Assembly: GCA_012719315.1 (NCBI GenBank) | Contig: JAAYAP010000043.1 | Coordinates: forward strand, 1-36,365 | Length of the DNA stretch: 36,365 bases | Direction: 5' to 3' | Source: Methanobacteriota archaeon | GTDB taxonomy: Archaea > Thermoplasmatota > Thermoplasmata > Methanomassiliicoccales > Methanomethylophilaceae | Part shown: one piece after another, positions 9,204 through 17,489 of the stretch | Position numbering within the stretch: position 1 is the stretch's first letter | Layout: every line of letters starts with the position of its first letter | Position numbers and translations under genes: made by a program | The notes under the pieces: model-generated | Databases searched by the model: none | What the model was told of the DNA's origin: nothing | Seen by the model: only the letters and a program-made list of their open reading frames with translations

Positions 9204-9223
9204 AATCCGTAGATGGGCTCCAT

Positions 9224-9232
9224 CTATTAAAG
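9224..9232 (-). promoter_or_regulatory. TATA-like box for the NOG1-polC operon
   Basis: Minus strand CTTTAATAG, centred about 25 nt upstream of ATG 9203. Confidence 0.35.
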
Positions 9233-9243
9233 GATTGGATTAC

Positions 9244-9261
9244 CGGCCGCGAGCGCGGCCG
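9244..9261 (-). terminator. GC hairpin downstream of the giant ORF
   Basis: CGGCCGCG-AG-CGCGGCCG perfect inverted repeat, about 43 nt after the stop at 9304. A second GCGGCCGC palindrome lies at 9277-9284. Confidence 0.35.
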
Positions 9262-9303
9262 CGGGGAGGTCGGCCCGCGGCCGCCGCAAGCGTTCCGCGG
9301 ACC

Positions 9304-12300
9304 TCAGACGGCCTCGCGGAAAGTGGCCTTGACCAGCAGCAGGTCGTTGTGCATCTCCTTGTCCGCGCCCAGGACGGAGGGGATGAGGGCCGAGGGGCAG
9401 TCGGTCACCTCCAGGCCGATGACGGCCTTCCACCGGCCCGTGTCGCCGCCGATGACCCGGTCCAGGCCGGAGAGGTTGGTCCGCATGTCGACGCAGATCC
9501 GCACCTCCGGGTACGTGTCGCCTCCCTTGAGGAAGCGCGGCGTGGCCATGCCGGTGTAGACCTTGATGTCGAGGTAGGTGTTGTCGTACAGGACGTTCTT
9601 GGGTGCGAGCCCGTAGGGGTTCTCGATCTTGAACAGCAGCTCCTCGATCTCCCCGACCAGGCACTTCAGGCCCTCCTCGGCGAATCCCGAGTCGATCATC
9701 AGCGCGGTCCGGAACCCGACGCAGCCGGCCGAAGCCAGGTCGCTGACGTCGACCGAGACGTAGACGGAAGCCTCGACCAGGCACTCGGAGAGCATCTCGA
9801 TGGCCGACGTCACCACGTTCTGGGCGGCGATGCGGAAGAACTCCGAGAGATCCTCCGTCGAGGTCAGCTTGCCCATGTCGCGCATCGTCGATGACGCCGA
9901 ATCCTTGATGATCGCGTAGAGCTGGGTCCTGACCATCGCCCCGGTCAGCAGACCGCCGCAGTTCTTCGAATCCCGTGTGCCCTTTTCGAACACCCACTCC
10001 GTCGAGGCGTCGGCGACCCGCTGCCAGGTGCGGTCGTCGTTGGCGGTGTCCTTCTTCGCCGGCGTCTTGTCGACGGTGCGCCCCTCGGCATCGGCCAGGA
10101 GCACGTACTCCCCGCTCTTGCTCCCGGCGGAGCCGCTGTTGTTGAGGAACTGGCCGGGGAGGTCCACCACCAGCCTGCCGCCCGGCCGGATCCTCTCGGC
10201 CGGCAGCGGGCAGACCTTACTCGCGTTGCTGCCGGCGCGCAGGGTGTACCCTTCCAGGTCGATCGATTCCGTCGAGGCGTTGTAGAGCTCCACCCACTCG
10301 TTGCCGGCATCCGTGCCGGGAGGATTGGATTCGAACTCGTTGATCACCAGGCCGGTCCGGAACGGGGCGTTGTACTTGAGTTCGAGCCCCAGGTCGATCG
10401 AGACCTTGGCCGTGCCTATGGGGATGTTCGAGAGCAGCGTCCCCAGGCCGGACACGTCCCGGAGCGAGAGCCCGACCTTGTGGTAGGACACCACATCGGG
10501 CATCACGATGTCGAACTCCACTCCCTTGGCGGTGCCCGACATGCAGAGCATGTGCTTCGTCGACTTCATCAGCGGGTCGATGTCCGCGGTCACCTGCCAG
10601 TCCTTGCCGGAGAGTGATGCGGATCCGCTGATGAGAAGGGTCCTGTCGGCCCCCTCGCCCTTCTGCTTGATGGTGATCGACCCGGAGACCTCCACGCCCG
10701 ACACCTCGGTCGAGAGCGAGACGGTGGCGAGCGTCTTCGTGCTCTTGCTCAGCGAGGCCAGGTTCAACGTGACCGTCAGCGTGAATCCCATGAACGAGAA
10801 GCCCACGGTCTGCTTCGACAGGTTGGCGTTGACGATCCATTCCAGCGCCTCTAGGGCCTTCTCCGCCCGCTCTCCGAGCCATGCCTCCAGGCGCTCCTCG
10901 ATCAATTCCCTGAGCCGCTCCAGCGGCTCCATCAGCGCCTCGTAGAGCTTCTGGACCAGCTCGGTCACGAACATCATGCACTTCATCAGCGAGGAGGCGA
11001 GGATCTCGAGGGCGCCCAGCATCATCGCGAGGATCTTCCTCAGCGGCTCGATGATCGGCGCCAGGACCTCCATCAGCGCCTCCCACGCGTCGGAGAGGAT
11101 GGTGTTGCTGGCCCGGTAGTCCCCGACCCCCTGCAGCGCCCAGGCGCTCATCACCGGGACCTTCAGGTCGAGTTCGACCGTGCAGACCTCGGTCATCCTC
11201 GAATCGCACAGGCCCATGCCGGCCTCCATCGGCCCGCTGCCGGACAACGTGAGCACGAGCGTGTCCCTGACCGACACCGAGAAGACGGTGCAGTAGGAGG
11301 CGCCGGAGCTCTGCATCGGCCCGACATAGTGCATGCAGTCGCCGAGGTTGGCGTTCGGGCCTCCGATCAGGATCCGCGGGGACGAGCCCAGCTCCGCGGA
11401 GATCCGCTCCCTGAAGACCTCGCCGTGCTCGCTGACGGTGACGAACTCCCGTTCGGGGATCAGGGCGGTGGATCCGTAGCAGGCGTTGACCTCGGCGTTC
11501 GCGCGGATCTCGGCGCAGAGCGAGACCATGCGCCCGGGCACATCCGCCAGGCTGTCCGTCGCGCTCATGCCGTACGCGGCCACCTTCTTGCAGATCATGT
11601 CGAACACCCCGCCTCCGCGCTTCTCCACGCCGTTCAGCGACGACAGCGCGTCAACCATGGAGTCGACCTCGGCCGTGTAGGCCGCGATCGTCCCGTCGAG
11701 GCATCCGCCGTCGACGATCGCGGCGGCGAGGCCCTCGACGGCCTTCCCGTCCAGCAGGGTCCCGTGCTCCGCCTCTATGGCCGCGGCTATGCCGGCGGCC
11801 AGCGATGCCTCGGCGGACTCCCTGAACCCGTCGACACCGTAGATGCGGTGCGCATCCTTCCTGACGACCTCGTAGATGCCGGCATGGAACGGGTCGGTCG
11901 GGCGGAGCTCGCCGATGGTTCTGCCGACGATCCTCTCGAAATCGGACATCCCGTCCGCGACCGCGGAGCCCACGGCGCGGCAGACGGTGTCCAGGAGGGC
12001 CTCGTCGTCGGTCGCGTCGACCCTCACCCTCACGATGCCCAGGCTCTTCTTGGCGGCGATCTCGGCCGCGGAGGCGTTGATGACCTCGGTGAACCATTCG
12101 CGTATCCCGTTGCTGTCGTGCCGCTGCGTCCGTTTGAAATCCTTGATGCCGGGCCACCCCATCAGATCGACGTCGGGGTACCCGATCCCCACCACGAGGT
12201 CCGGCGTCTCCTTGCCGACGATGTCGGCGATCGACCGACCGGGGACGACGACCTCGAAGGACTCGCCCGAGCGGAGATGGCGGTACTCCTCCGCGTCGAG

Positions 12301-13365
12301 GCCGCTGTCGGCCAGGAAGCACTCCAGGTACGGCGCGGCGGAGAAGCAATCCTTCCCCCCGAGGAACCCCTTCAGCGAATCCCAGGCGTTGCCGGCGAGG
12401 TCGTTGACCCAATCGATGCCGTTCATGACCTTGTTCCCATACAGGTAGTCGATCCACTGCAGCGCCAGGTCGTCGGCGATCGAGGCGATCGCCTGGGCGT
12501 ACACGGCCGAGAGGTCGAGGTCGAGATATCCGTCCGGAGCCGCGATGAGGTCGGCCAGGTCCACCCGGTCGGAACCGTCGCCGATGCCGTCGGGAGCGAT
12601 GCGGAAGCAGCCCAGGCGCACGATCTTGAGCGCGTTGGAGTAGGCGGCGGCCACATCGTCCTCCGTCAGGATGCTCGCGGTCCCCATCTCCCCGTACGCG
12701 TTCAGCGCGCCGTAGCCGTTGAGGACCCTGTACTGCGCAAGGCAGGTGAGCTGGTAGCCGACCATCTGCGTTATCGGCGATCCCGGGCCGCTCACGGCGT
12801 TCTTGAAAAGGGAGCCTTGCCCCGCCACCAGCGGCAGGGCGCAGGTGGCGTCGGTCTCGAAATCGACGGCGGTGGAAGCGGTCCCCGACGCGAAGGCGTA
12901 ACGGGCGGTGAATGATCCGGATCCCACCAGGTACGACGGCATGCAGCCGTCGACGAGGCCGCTGTCCGACAGCTTCAGGGGCTGGGCGGTCAGCTCGGTC
13001 TCGAACGATTCGAGGTGCACGGTGACGCCGCAGTCGGACAGCGGGAACTGGAAGTCCATCCATGCCCTCGCACGTTCGGCGTACTTGTCGGCACGCTGTT
13101 CGAGGGTGCCCTCGGAAGCCGAGGAGCTGAGTCCGAAGATGATCTCCCCCAATCCTCTCTCGACGAAACCGCCGGTCCTCTCGATGACGTCGTCGACAGT
13201 CCCCATCTCCTCGGTCATCCGCTCGGCGTTGTCGGCGGAGCGGTCCATATGTGCGGCCGTGATGCCGTATGCGGAGCCCAGCATCAGCAGGATGACGGCG
13301 ACCATCGCGAACGGCATGTTGCCGCGACGGGAGCGTCCGCGGATGTGGCGGTTATCGATTCTCAT
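9304..13365 (-). CDS. Giant (1353 aa) membrane-anchored/secreted protein of unknown function containing a lamin-tail domain
   Basis: Single uninterrupted frame. Arg-rich N-terminus then a hydrophobic helix, 'GRSRRGNMPFAMVAVILLMLGSAYG'. LTD signature 'LVINEFESNPPGTDAGNEWVELYNASTESIDLEGYTL' near residue 1006. TATA-like box about 30 nt upstream of the ATG. Confidence 0.8.
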   Translation of the reverse strand: MRIDNRHIRGRSRRGNMPFAMVAVILLMLGSAYGITAAHMDRSADNAERMTEEMGTVDDVIERTGGFVERGLGEIIFGLSSSASEGTLEQRADKYAERARAWMDFQFPLSDCGVTVHLESFETELTAQPLKLSDSGLVDGCMPSYLVGSGSFTARYAFASGTASTAVDFETDATCALPLVAGQGSLFKNAVSGPGSPITQMVGYQLTCLAQYRVLNGYGALNAYGEMGTASILTEDDVAAAYSNALKIVRLGCFRIAPDGIGDGSDRVDLADLIAAPDGYLDLDLSAVYAQAIASIADDLALQWIDYLYGNKVMNGIDWVNDLAGNAWDSLKGFLGGKDCFSAAPYLECFLADSGLDAEEYRHLRSGESFEVVVPGRSIADIVGKETPDLVVGIGYPDVDLMGWPGIKDFKRTQRHDSNGIREWFTEVINASAAEIAAKKSLGIVRVRVDATDDEALLDTVCRAVGSAVADGMSDFERIVGRTIGELRPTDPFHAGIYEVVRKDAHRIYGVDGFRESAEASLAAGIAAAIEAEHGTLLDGKAVEGLAAAIVDGGCLDGTIAAYTAEVDSMVDALSSLNGVEKRGGGVFDMICKKVAAYGMSATDSLADVPGRMVSLCAEIRANAEVNACYGSTALIPEREFVTVSEHGEVFRERISAELGSSPRILIGGPNANLGDCMHYVGPMQSSGASYCTVFSVSVRDTLVLTLSGSGPMEAGMGLCDSRMTEVCTVELDLKVPVMSAWALQGVGDYRASNTILSDAWEALMEVLAPIIEPLRKILAMMLGALEILASSLMKCMMFVTELVQKLYEALMEPLERLRELIEERLEAWLGERAEKALEALEWIVNANLSKQTVGFSFMGFTLTVTLNLASLSKSTKTLATVSLSTEVSGVEVSGSITIKQKGEGADRTLLISGSASLSGKDWQVTADIDPLMKSTKHMLCMSGTAKGVEFDIVMPDVVSYHKVGLSLRDVSGLGTLLSNIPIGTAKVSIDLGLELKYNAPFRTGLVINEFESNPPGTDAGNEWVELYNASTESIDLEGYTLRAGSNASKVCPLPAERIRPGGRLVVDLPGQFLNNSGSAGSKSGEYVLLADAEGRTVDKTPAKKDTANDDRTWQRVADASTEWVFEKGTRDSKNCGGLLTGAMVRTQLYAIIKDSASSTMRDMGKLTSTEDLSEFFRIAAQNVVTSAIEMLSECLVEASVYVSVDVSDLASAGCVGFRTALMIDSGFAEEGLKCLVGEIEELLFKIENPYGLAPKNVLYDNTYLDIKVYTGMATPRFLKGGDTYPEVRICVDMRTNLSGLDRVIGGDTGRWKAVIGLEVTDCPSALIPSVLGADKEMHNDLLLVKATFREAV
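9979..10350 (-). other. Lamin-tail domain (LTD) segment inside the giant ORF
   Basis: Residues about 1006-1130: 'INEF..NPPG.D.GNEWVELYN....IDLEGY.L', then 'RIRPGGRLVV', then 'GEYVLLADAEGRTVD'. This matches the known LTD consensus pattern. Confidence 0.7.
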
Positions 13366-13391
13366 GCATACGCATTCGCTTTCATACGGTG

Positions 13392-13398
13392 TTATAAA
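13392..13398 (-). promoter_or_regulatory. TATA-like box for the giant ORF
   Basis: Minus strand TTTATAA, centred about 30 nt upstream of ATG 13365. Confidence 0.4.
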
Positions 13399-13462
13399 CC
13401 GGACCGTACAGTTAGCATATACGCCCGTCCCGGACGTCCTCAGACGCTGGTATTCAGATAAG

Positions 13463-13470
13463 TATTATAA
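13463..13470 (+). promoter_or_regulatory. TATA-like box for the tes-ferredoxin-GGR operon
   Basis: TATTATAA, about 33 nt upstream of ATG 13500. Confidence 0.45.
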
Positions 13471-13499
13471 TGCGTCACCCGTTTCACACCGTCATTACC

Positions 13500-15122
13500 A
13501 TGTCTGCTACAATAAGGAATTACGCGGTCGAACCCGGGCTTCCGAAGAAAACGGAATCCATCTGCCCCGAATGCGGGAAGATCCTGGAGGCATCGATCTT
13601 CGAGGAGAACGGAAAGGTGCTCATGCAGAAAGAATGCCCGCAGCATGGCCTGTTCCGGGACGTCTACTGGTCCGACGTGGGCCTCTATCTCAAGGCCGAG
13701 AAGTACGCGCACGACGGGATCGGGCTGACCAATCCCGCCGACAGCAAGCTGAAGGAGGGCGAGAACGCCAACTTCATCATCGACGGCAAGAGGATCGACA
13801 TGCTCAGCAGCACCGGGCTGGCGAACGTGGACCTCACCAACCGCTGCAACATGAACTGCCCGATCTGCTTCGCGGTCGCGAACCAGGCGGGTTACGTCTA
13901 CGAGCCCGACTTCGCCACGATCGTCAAGATGCTCGAGACGCTCCGGACGGAGGCGCCGATCAGATGCACTGCGGTGCAGTTCTCGGGCGGCGAGCCCACC
14001 ATCTACCCGATGTTCCTCGAGGCGATCGCGAAGGCCAAGGAGCTCAATTTCGCCCAGGTGCAGGTAGCGACCAACGGCATCAAATTCGCCAAGGACTACG
14101 AATTCCTCAAGAAGGCCTCGCAGGCAGGCATGAACACCATCTACCTCTCCTTCGACGGCGTCTCCGACGACGTCTACCTGCAGGCCAGGGACCGGAGGAT
14201 GTTCCAGATAAAACTGGACGTCATCGCCAACTGCAAGCGGCTGCGGGAGGACATCGGCAAGAGCCCGTCGATCGTGCTGGTGCCGACCGTCGTCAAAGGC
14301 ATGAACGACCATCAGATCGGCGCCATCGTCGATTTCGCGCTCGAACACGCCGACGTGGTCAGAGGGATCAACTTCCAGCCGGTGGCGTTCACCGGGAGGA
14401 TCGAGCGCGAGGAGTTGGAGGCGGGCAGGTTCACGCTCCCCGACCTCGCCAGGGAGATGGGCGAGCAGACCGGGTACACCGACATGGATGACTGGTACCC
14501 GGTGCCCGTGGTCGCGCCCATATCCAATTTCGCCTCGATCATACTCGACGAGAACAAGGTGACCTTCACGGCGCACCCCCACTGCGGGATCGCCACCTAC
14601 CTCTTCGTCGGCGACGACGGCAAGGTGACGCCGTTCCCCAGGTTCGTCGACCTCGACAGGTTCTCGACGGGCATGGCCGAACTGGCGGAGAAGGCGGAGA
14701 AGGCGAGGTTCAAGAAGTTCACGGCGATCAAGATCATCAAGCTGATGAACAGCTGCATCATCGACGAGAAGCTCCCCGAGGGCCTGGACAAGAAGAAGTT
14801 CATCATGATCATGAAGGACATCATGAGCAACAAATCCAAGAAGACGCTCGCGAAGTTCTCCTGGAAGATGATGTTGATCAGCGGCATGCATTTCCAGGAT
14901 GCCCACAACTACGACGTCGAGAGGGTGAAGCGCTGCTGCATCCATTATGTGACCCCCGACTGCGAGGTCATACCCTTCTGCGCGTACAACGGCGGACCCG
15001 AGTACCGCAAAGCCGTGGAGTCGAGGCACTCGGTCCCGTTGGACGAGTGGAAGGCGGCGAACAAGAAAGAGGCGCTGGAGCTGGAACAGGCTCTGATAGT
15101 GCCGGAAGATCAGAAAGCATGA
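13500..15122 (+). CDS. tes: Radical SAM enzyme, MJ0619-like: putative tetraether lipid synthase (Tes/GDGT-MAS)
   Basis: N-terminal rubredoxin-like 'CPECG...CPQHG', radical-SAM cluster motif 'NRCNMNCPICF', 'FSGGEPT', and C-terminal 'CCIHYVTPDCEVIPFCAYN'. ATG 13500 sits about 30 nt after TATA 13463-13470; ATG 13470 is the alternative start. Followed by ferredoxin and GGR genes. Confidence 0.6.
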   Translation: MSATIRNYAVEPGLPKKTESICPECGKILEASIFEENGKVLMQKECPQHGLFRDVYWSDVGLYLKAEKYAHDGIGLTNPADSKLKEGENANFIIDGKRIDMLSSTGLANVDLTNRCNMNCPICFAVANQAGYVYEPDFATIVKMLETLRTEAPIRCTAVQFSGGEPTIYPMFLEAIAKAKELNFAQVQVATNGIKFAKDYEFLKKASQAGMNTIYLSFDGVSDDVYLQARDRRMFQIKLDVIANCKRLREDIGKSPSIVLVPTVVKGMNDHQIGAIVDFALEHADVVRGINFQPVAFTGRIEREELEAGRFTLPDLAREMGEQTGYTDMDDWYPVPVVAPISNFASIILDENKVTFTAHPHCGIATYLFVGDDGKVTPFPRFVDLDRFSTGMAELAEKAEKARFKKFTAIKIIKLMNSCIIDEKLPEGLDKKKFIMIMKDIMSNKSKKTLAKFSWKMMLISGMHFQDAHNYDVERVKRCCIHYVTPDCEVIPFCAYNGGPEYRKAVESRHSVPLDEWKAANKKEALELEQALIVPEDQKA

Positions 15123-15131
15123 GGTGTATCA

Positions 15132-15305
15132 ATGATAGTGAATTATGATAAGTGTCTCCATTGCGGAGGTTGTGCGGGGTCCTGCCCCAAGAATGCGATA
15201 TTCCTCAACGATTACATACTGGTGTTCAACGACGACTGCAACAGATGCGGCCGTTGCGTCAGGCTCTGCCCCGTGCAGGCGCTCGCGCTGGAGGCGAGGG
15301 CATGA
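15132..15305 (+). CDS. 2x[4Fe-4S] ferredoxin (57 aa; not in the supplied ORF track)
   Basis: Own translation: MIVNYDKCLHCGGCAGSCPKNAIFLNDYILVFNDDCNRCGRCVRLCPVQALALEARA. It carries two CxxCxxCxxxCP motifs. GAGGTG lies 5 nt upstream, and the TGA overlaps the GGR ATG (ATGA at 15302-15305). Confidence 0.8.
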   Translation: MIVNYDKCLHCGGCAGSCPKNAIFLNDYILVFNDDCNRCGRCVRLCPVQALALEARA

Positions 15306-16492
15306 AGACCTACGAATGCGACGTCGTCGTCGTCGGTGCGGGCCCGGGCGGCAGCATGGCCGCCAAGTTCTGCGCCGAAGGCGGACTCGACACCATATTG
15401 ATTGAGAAGAAGGCCGAGGTCGGCGCGCCTCTGAGATGCGCCGAAGGCGTCTCCAAGAAATGGCTCGAGGAGGTCGGCATCGCGCTCGACCCCCTGTGGA
15501 TACGCGCGGATATGATCGGCGCGGTCATCAAGTCACCGGACGGCACCCAGTTCAAATTGGACGAGAGCAAGGCGGGCACCGAGGTCGGCTATGTGCTGGA
15601 GAGGCACCTCTTCGACAAAGCCCTGGCCAGGGACGCGGTCGCGGCCGGTTCCAAGCTGATGATGCGCACCTCCTGCACCGGGGTGATCCGCGAAGGCGGC
15701 AGAGTCGTCGGCATCAAAGTCAAGAGCATGGGCGAGGAGGCGGAGATCCGCGCCAAGGCGATCGTGGCCGCCGACGGATACGAATCGCAGGTCGGCAGGT
15801 GGGCGGGCATCGACACCAACGTTAAGCTCAACGACCTGAACTCCTGCATCCAGTACCGGATGGTCAACTGCGATGCCGACATGGAGTACTGCGAGTTCAT
15901 CATCGGCCGTTCCATCGCCCCCGGCGGCTACCTCTGGATCTTCCCCAAGGGGAACGGGGTGGCCAACGTGGGCATCGGCGTCATGGGGCCGCTCTGCAAG
16001 GGCGGCGAGCCCAAGGAGTACCTCGACAGGTTCCTCGCGATCGATCCGCGCTTCAAGGACAGTCAGGCGGTCGAGGTCGCCGCGGGCTTCGTCTCCACCT
16101 GCCCCGGGCTGGATTGCGCCGTGGATGACAACATCATCCTCGTGGGCGATGCGGCGAGGATCATCGATCCCCTGACCGGCGGCGGCATCTGCCACGCCTG
16201 CAGGACCGGCATGTACGCCGGCAAGGTGCTGGTCGAGGCTGCGGCCAAAGGCGACTTCTCCAAGGCGTCGCTGATGCCGTACGAGAAGATGTGGCGCGAC
16301 CGGATGGAGGACAAGCTCTACCGCAACTGGATGGCCAAGGAGAGGCTGGCCGAGCTCGACGACGAGACCATCAACGAGCTCGTGAGGCTCATCTCGACCT
16401 CCGACATCGAGGAGGTCAACGTCTACAACCTCCTCAAGACGGTCAAGGAGAAGTTCCCCAAGGTGGTCGAGGGCTTCGAGCACCTGATCTGA
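15302..16492 (+). CDS. Digeranylgeranylglycerophospholipid (geranylgeranyl) reductase
   Basis: The real start is MKTYECDVVVVGAGPGGS, which contains the FAD GxGxxG motif. Also 'LRCAEGVS', 'PGGYLWIFPKG' and 'LVGDAARIIDPLTGGG'. The upstream part of the track ORF (from 15152) is the ferredoxin gene read in another frame. Confidence 0.88.
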   Translation: MKTYECDVVVVGAGPGGSMAAKFCAEGGLDTILIEKKAEVGAPLRCAEGVSKKWLEEVGIALDPLWIRADMIGAVIKSPDGTQFKLDESKAGTEVGYVLERHLFDKALARDAVAAGSKLMMRTSCTGVIREGGRVVGIKVKSMGEEAEIRAKAIVAADGYESQVGRWAGIDTNVKLNDLNSCIQYRMVNCDADMEYCEFIIGRSIAPGGYLWIFPKGNGVANVGIGVMGPLCKGGEPKEYLDRFLAIDPRFKDSQAVEVAAGFVSTCPGLDCAVDDNIILVGDAARIIDPLTGGGICHACRTGMYAGKVLVEAAAKGDFSKASLMPYEKMWRDRMEDKLYRNWMAKERLAELDDETINELVRLISTSDIEEVNVYNLLKTVKEKFPKVVEGFEHLI

Positions 16493-16502
16493 GACGTACA
16501 AC

Positions 16503-16542
16503 ACGGCCTGCGGGCCGTTCTTCCCTTCCTTTCTTTTTATTT
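16503..16542. terminator. Hairpin plus T-tract between convergent GGR and mvk
   Basis: ACGGCC-TGCG-GGCCGT hairpin (16503-16518) followed by TCTTCCCTTCCTTTCTTTTTATTT. Confidence 0.55.
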
Positions 16543-16556
16543 CCGACTCTGCCCGG

Positions 16557-17489
16557 TCAGCGGCCGACGGTCAGGCCTTCGACGCGCGTGCTGACGGTGT
16601 ACGGCATCCCGCCCCGCGAGCGGATCGCCTCGGCGACCCTGTCCGGTGCGTCGGTGAGCGCGATCATGCATCCGCCGCCGCCCGAGCCGGTGAGCTTGGC
16701 GCCGTACGCATGCGGCAGCGACGCATCCACCAGTTTATTGAGTTCTTTGCAGGAGACGCCCAGGATCGAGAGCAGCTTGTGGTCGTAGGTCATGAGTTCA
16801 CCCAGGCGCACGCGGTCGTCCGTCCTCAGCGCGGTCATGCCCTCGAGGGTGACGTCGCCGATCTCGTCGACGATGTCGGACGCGAAGCGGTTGCGCTCCC
16901 GGAACTTCCTCACCTTCTCCACCAGCGGGCCGGTCGCGGCCCGGATGCCGGTGTGGCCGATCACGAAGGTCATCGCGGGGACATCGATGTCGTGGACGTC
17001 CCAGCGGTTGCCGCCCTTCTCGAGGGACCAGAGCGGCCGGTCGCAGCCCCGCATGTTCAACGCGACGCCGTAGCCGTGGGTGCAGGCCGAGGTGTCCATC
17101 GGGCTGCCCCGGCCCTGGGCGGCGTATTCCGCGTCGAAAGCCTCGGCGGCCACCGACTCCGGTTCGACGGCGAGCCCGTGGAGCCGGCGCATCGCCCCGG
17201 AGAAGGCGACCGACAGGGCCGCCGACGAACCCAGTCCCGCTCCCGGAGGGATCCTGCTCTCGGTATGCAGGGACACCGGGCGCATATCGTACAGCGAGGA
17301 GACGTGCTTGATGTGGGGGTTGGCGTTGATGTCGGCGGGCTCCCCGTTGATCCTGAACTCCGGGCCGGGGGAGACCCTGACGGTGAAGCGCCTGTCGATC
17401 GCCAATGCGATCGCGGGCTTGCCGTAGACTACCGCATGCTCCCCCAGTATGACGAACTTACCGGGGGCGGAGGCCGTGACTTGCGTCAT
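16557..17489 (-). CDS. mvk: Mevalonate kinase
   Basis: 'APGKFVILGEHAVVYG', GHMP motif 'PPGAGLGSSAALSVA', and 'GAKLTGSGGGGCMIAL'. Start is the internal ATG 17489, sharing 1 nt with the upstream stop. The 156-aa Arg-rich extension in the track ORF is rejected. Confidence 0.9.
   Translation of the reverse strand: MTQVTASAPGKFVILGEHAVVYGKPAIALAIDRRFTVRVSPGPEFRINGEPADINANPHIKHVSSLYDMRPVSLHTESRIPPGAGLGSSAALSVAFSGAMRRLHGLAVEPESVAAEAFDAEYAAQGRGSPMDTSACTHGYGVALNMRGCDRPLWSLEKGGNRWDVHDIDVPAMTFVIGHTGIRAATGPLVEKVRKFRERNRFASDIVDEIGDVTLEGMTALRTDDRVRLGELMTYDHKLLSILGVSCKELNKLVDASLPHAYGAKLTGSGGGGCMIALTDAPDRVAEAIRSRGGMPYTVSTRVEGLTVGR

Noticed and set aside
4977-9212. Very long plus-strand ORFs (4977-7049, 690 aa; 7056-9212, 718 aa) and the minus-strand alternative-frame ORF 6097-8127 (676 aa).
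   Set aside because: They lie antisense to, or out of frame with, the clearly conserved PolD DP2 and NOG1 genes. Their translations are monotonous R/G/P/H/D/A-rich strings with no motifs. This is the expected stop-codon-poor artefact of GC-rich DNA.
9244-9284. Cluster of GCGGCCGC-type palindromes downstream of the giant ORF, which might be a repeat element or a restriction-site island.
   Set aside because: There are only two or three short GC palindromes in 45 nt, and they fold into one simple hairpin right after a stop codon. I interpret it as a terminator-like structure. I saw no similar copies elsewhere in the window.
11329-15029. Long ORFs overlapping the giant gene and the radical SAM gene: 11329-12915 (+), 11651-13063 (-), 12908-14491 (+), 13440-15029 (-).
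   Set aside because: Their composition is the same Arg/Gly/Pro/His-rich artefact. The chosen frames carry real signatures instead: LTD and TM helix in one, CxxxCxxC, GGEP and the C-terminal Cys motif in the other.
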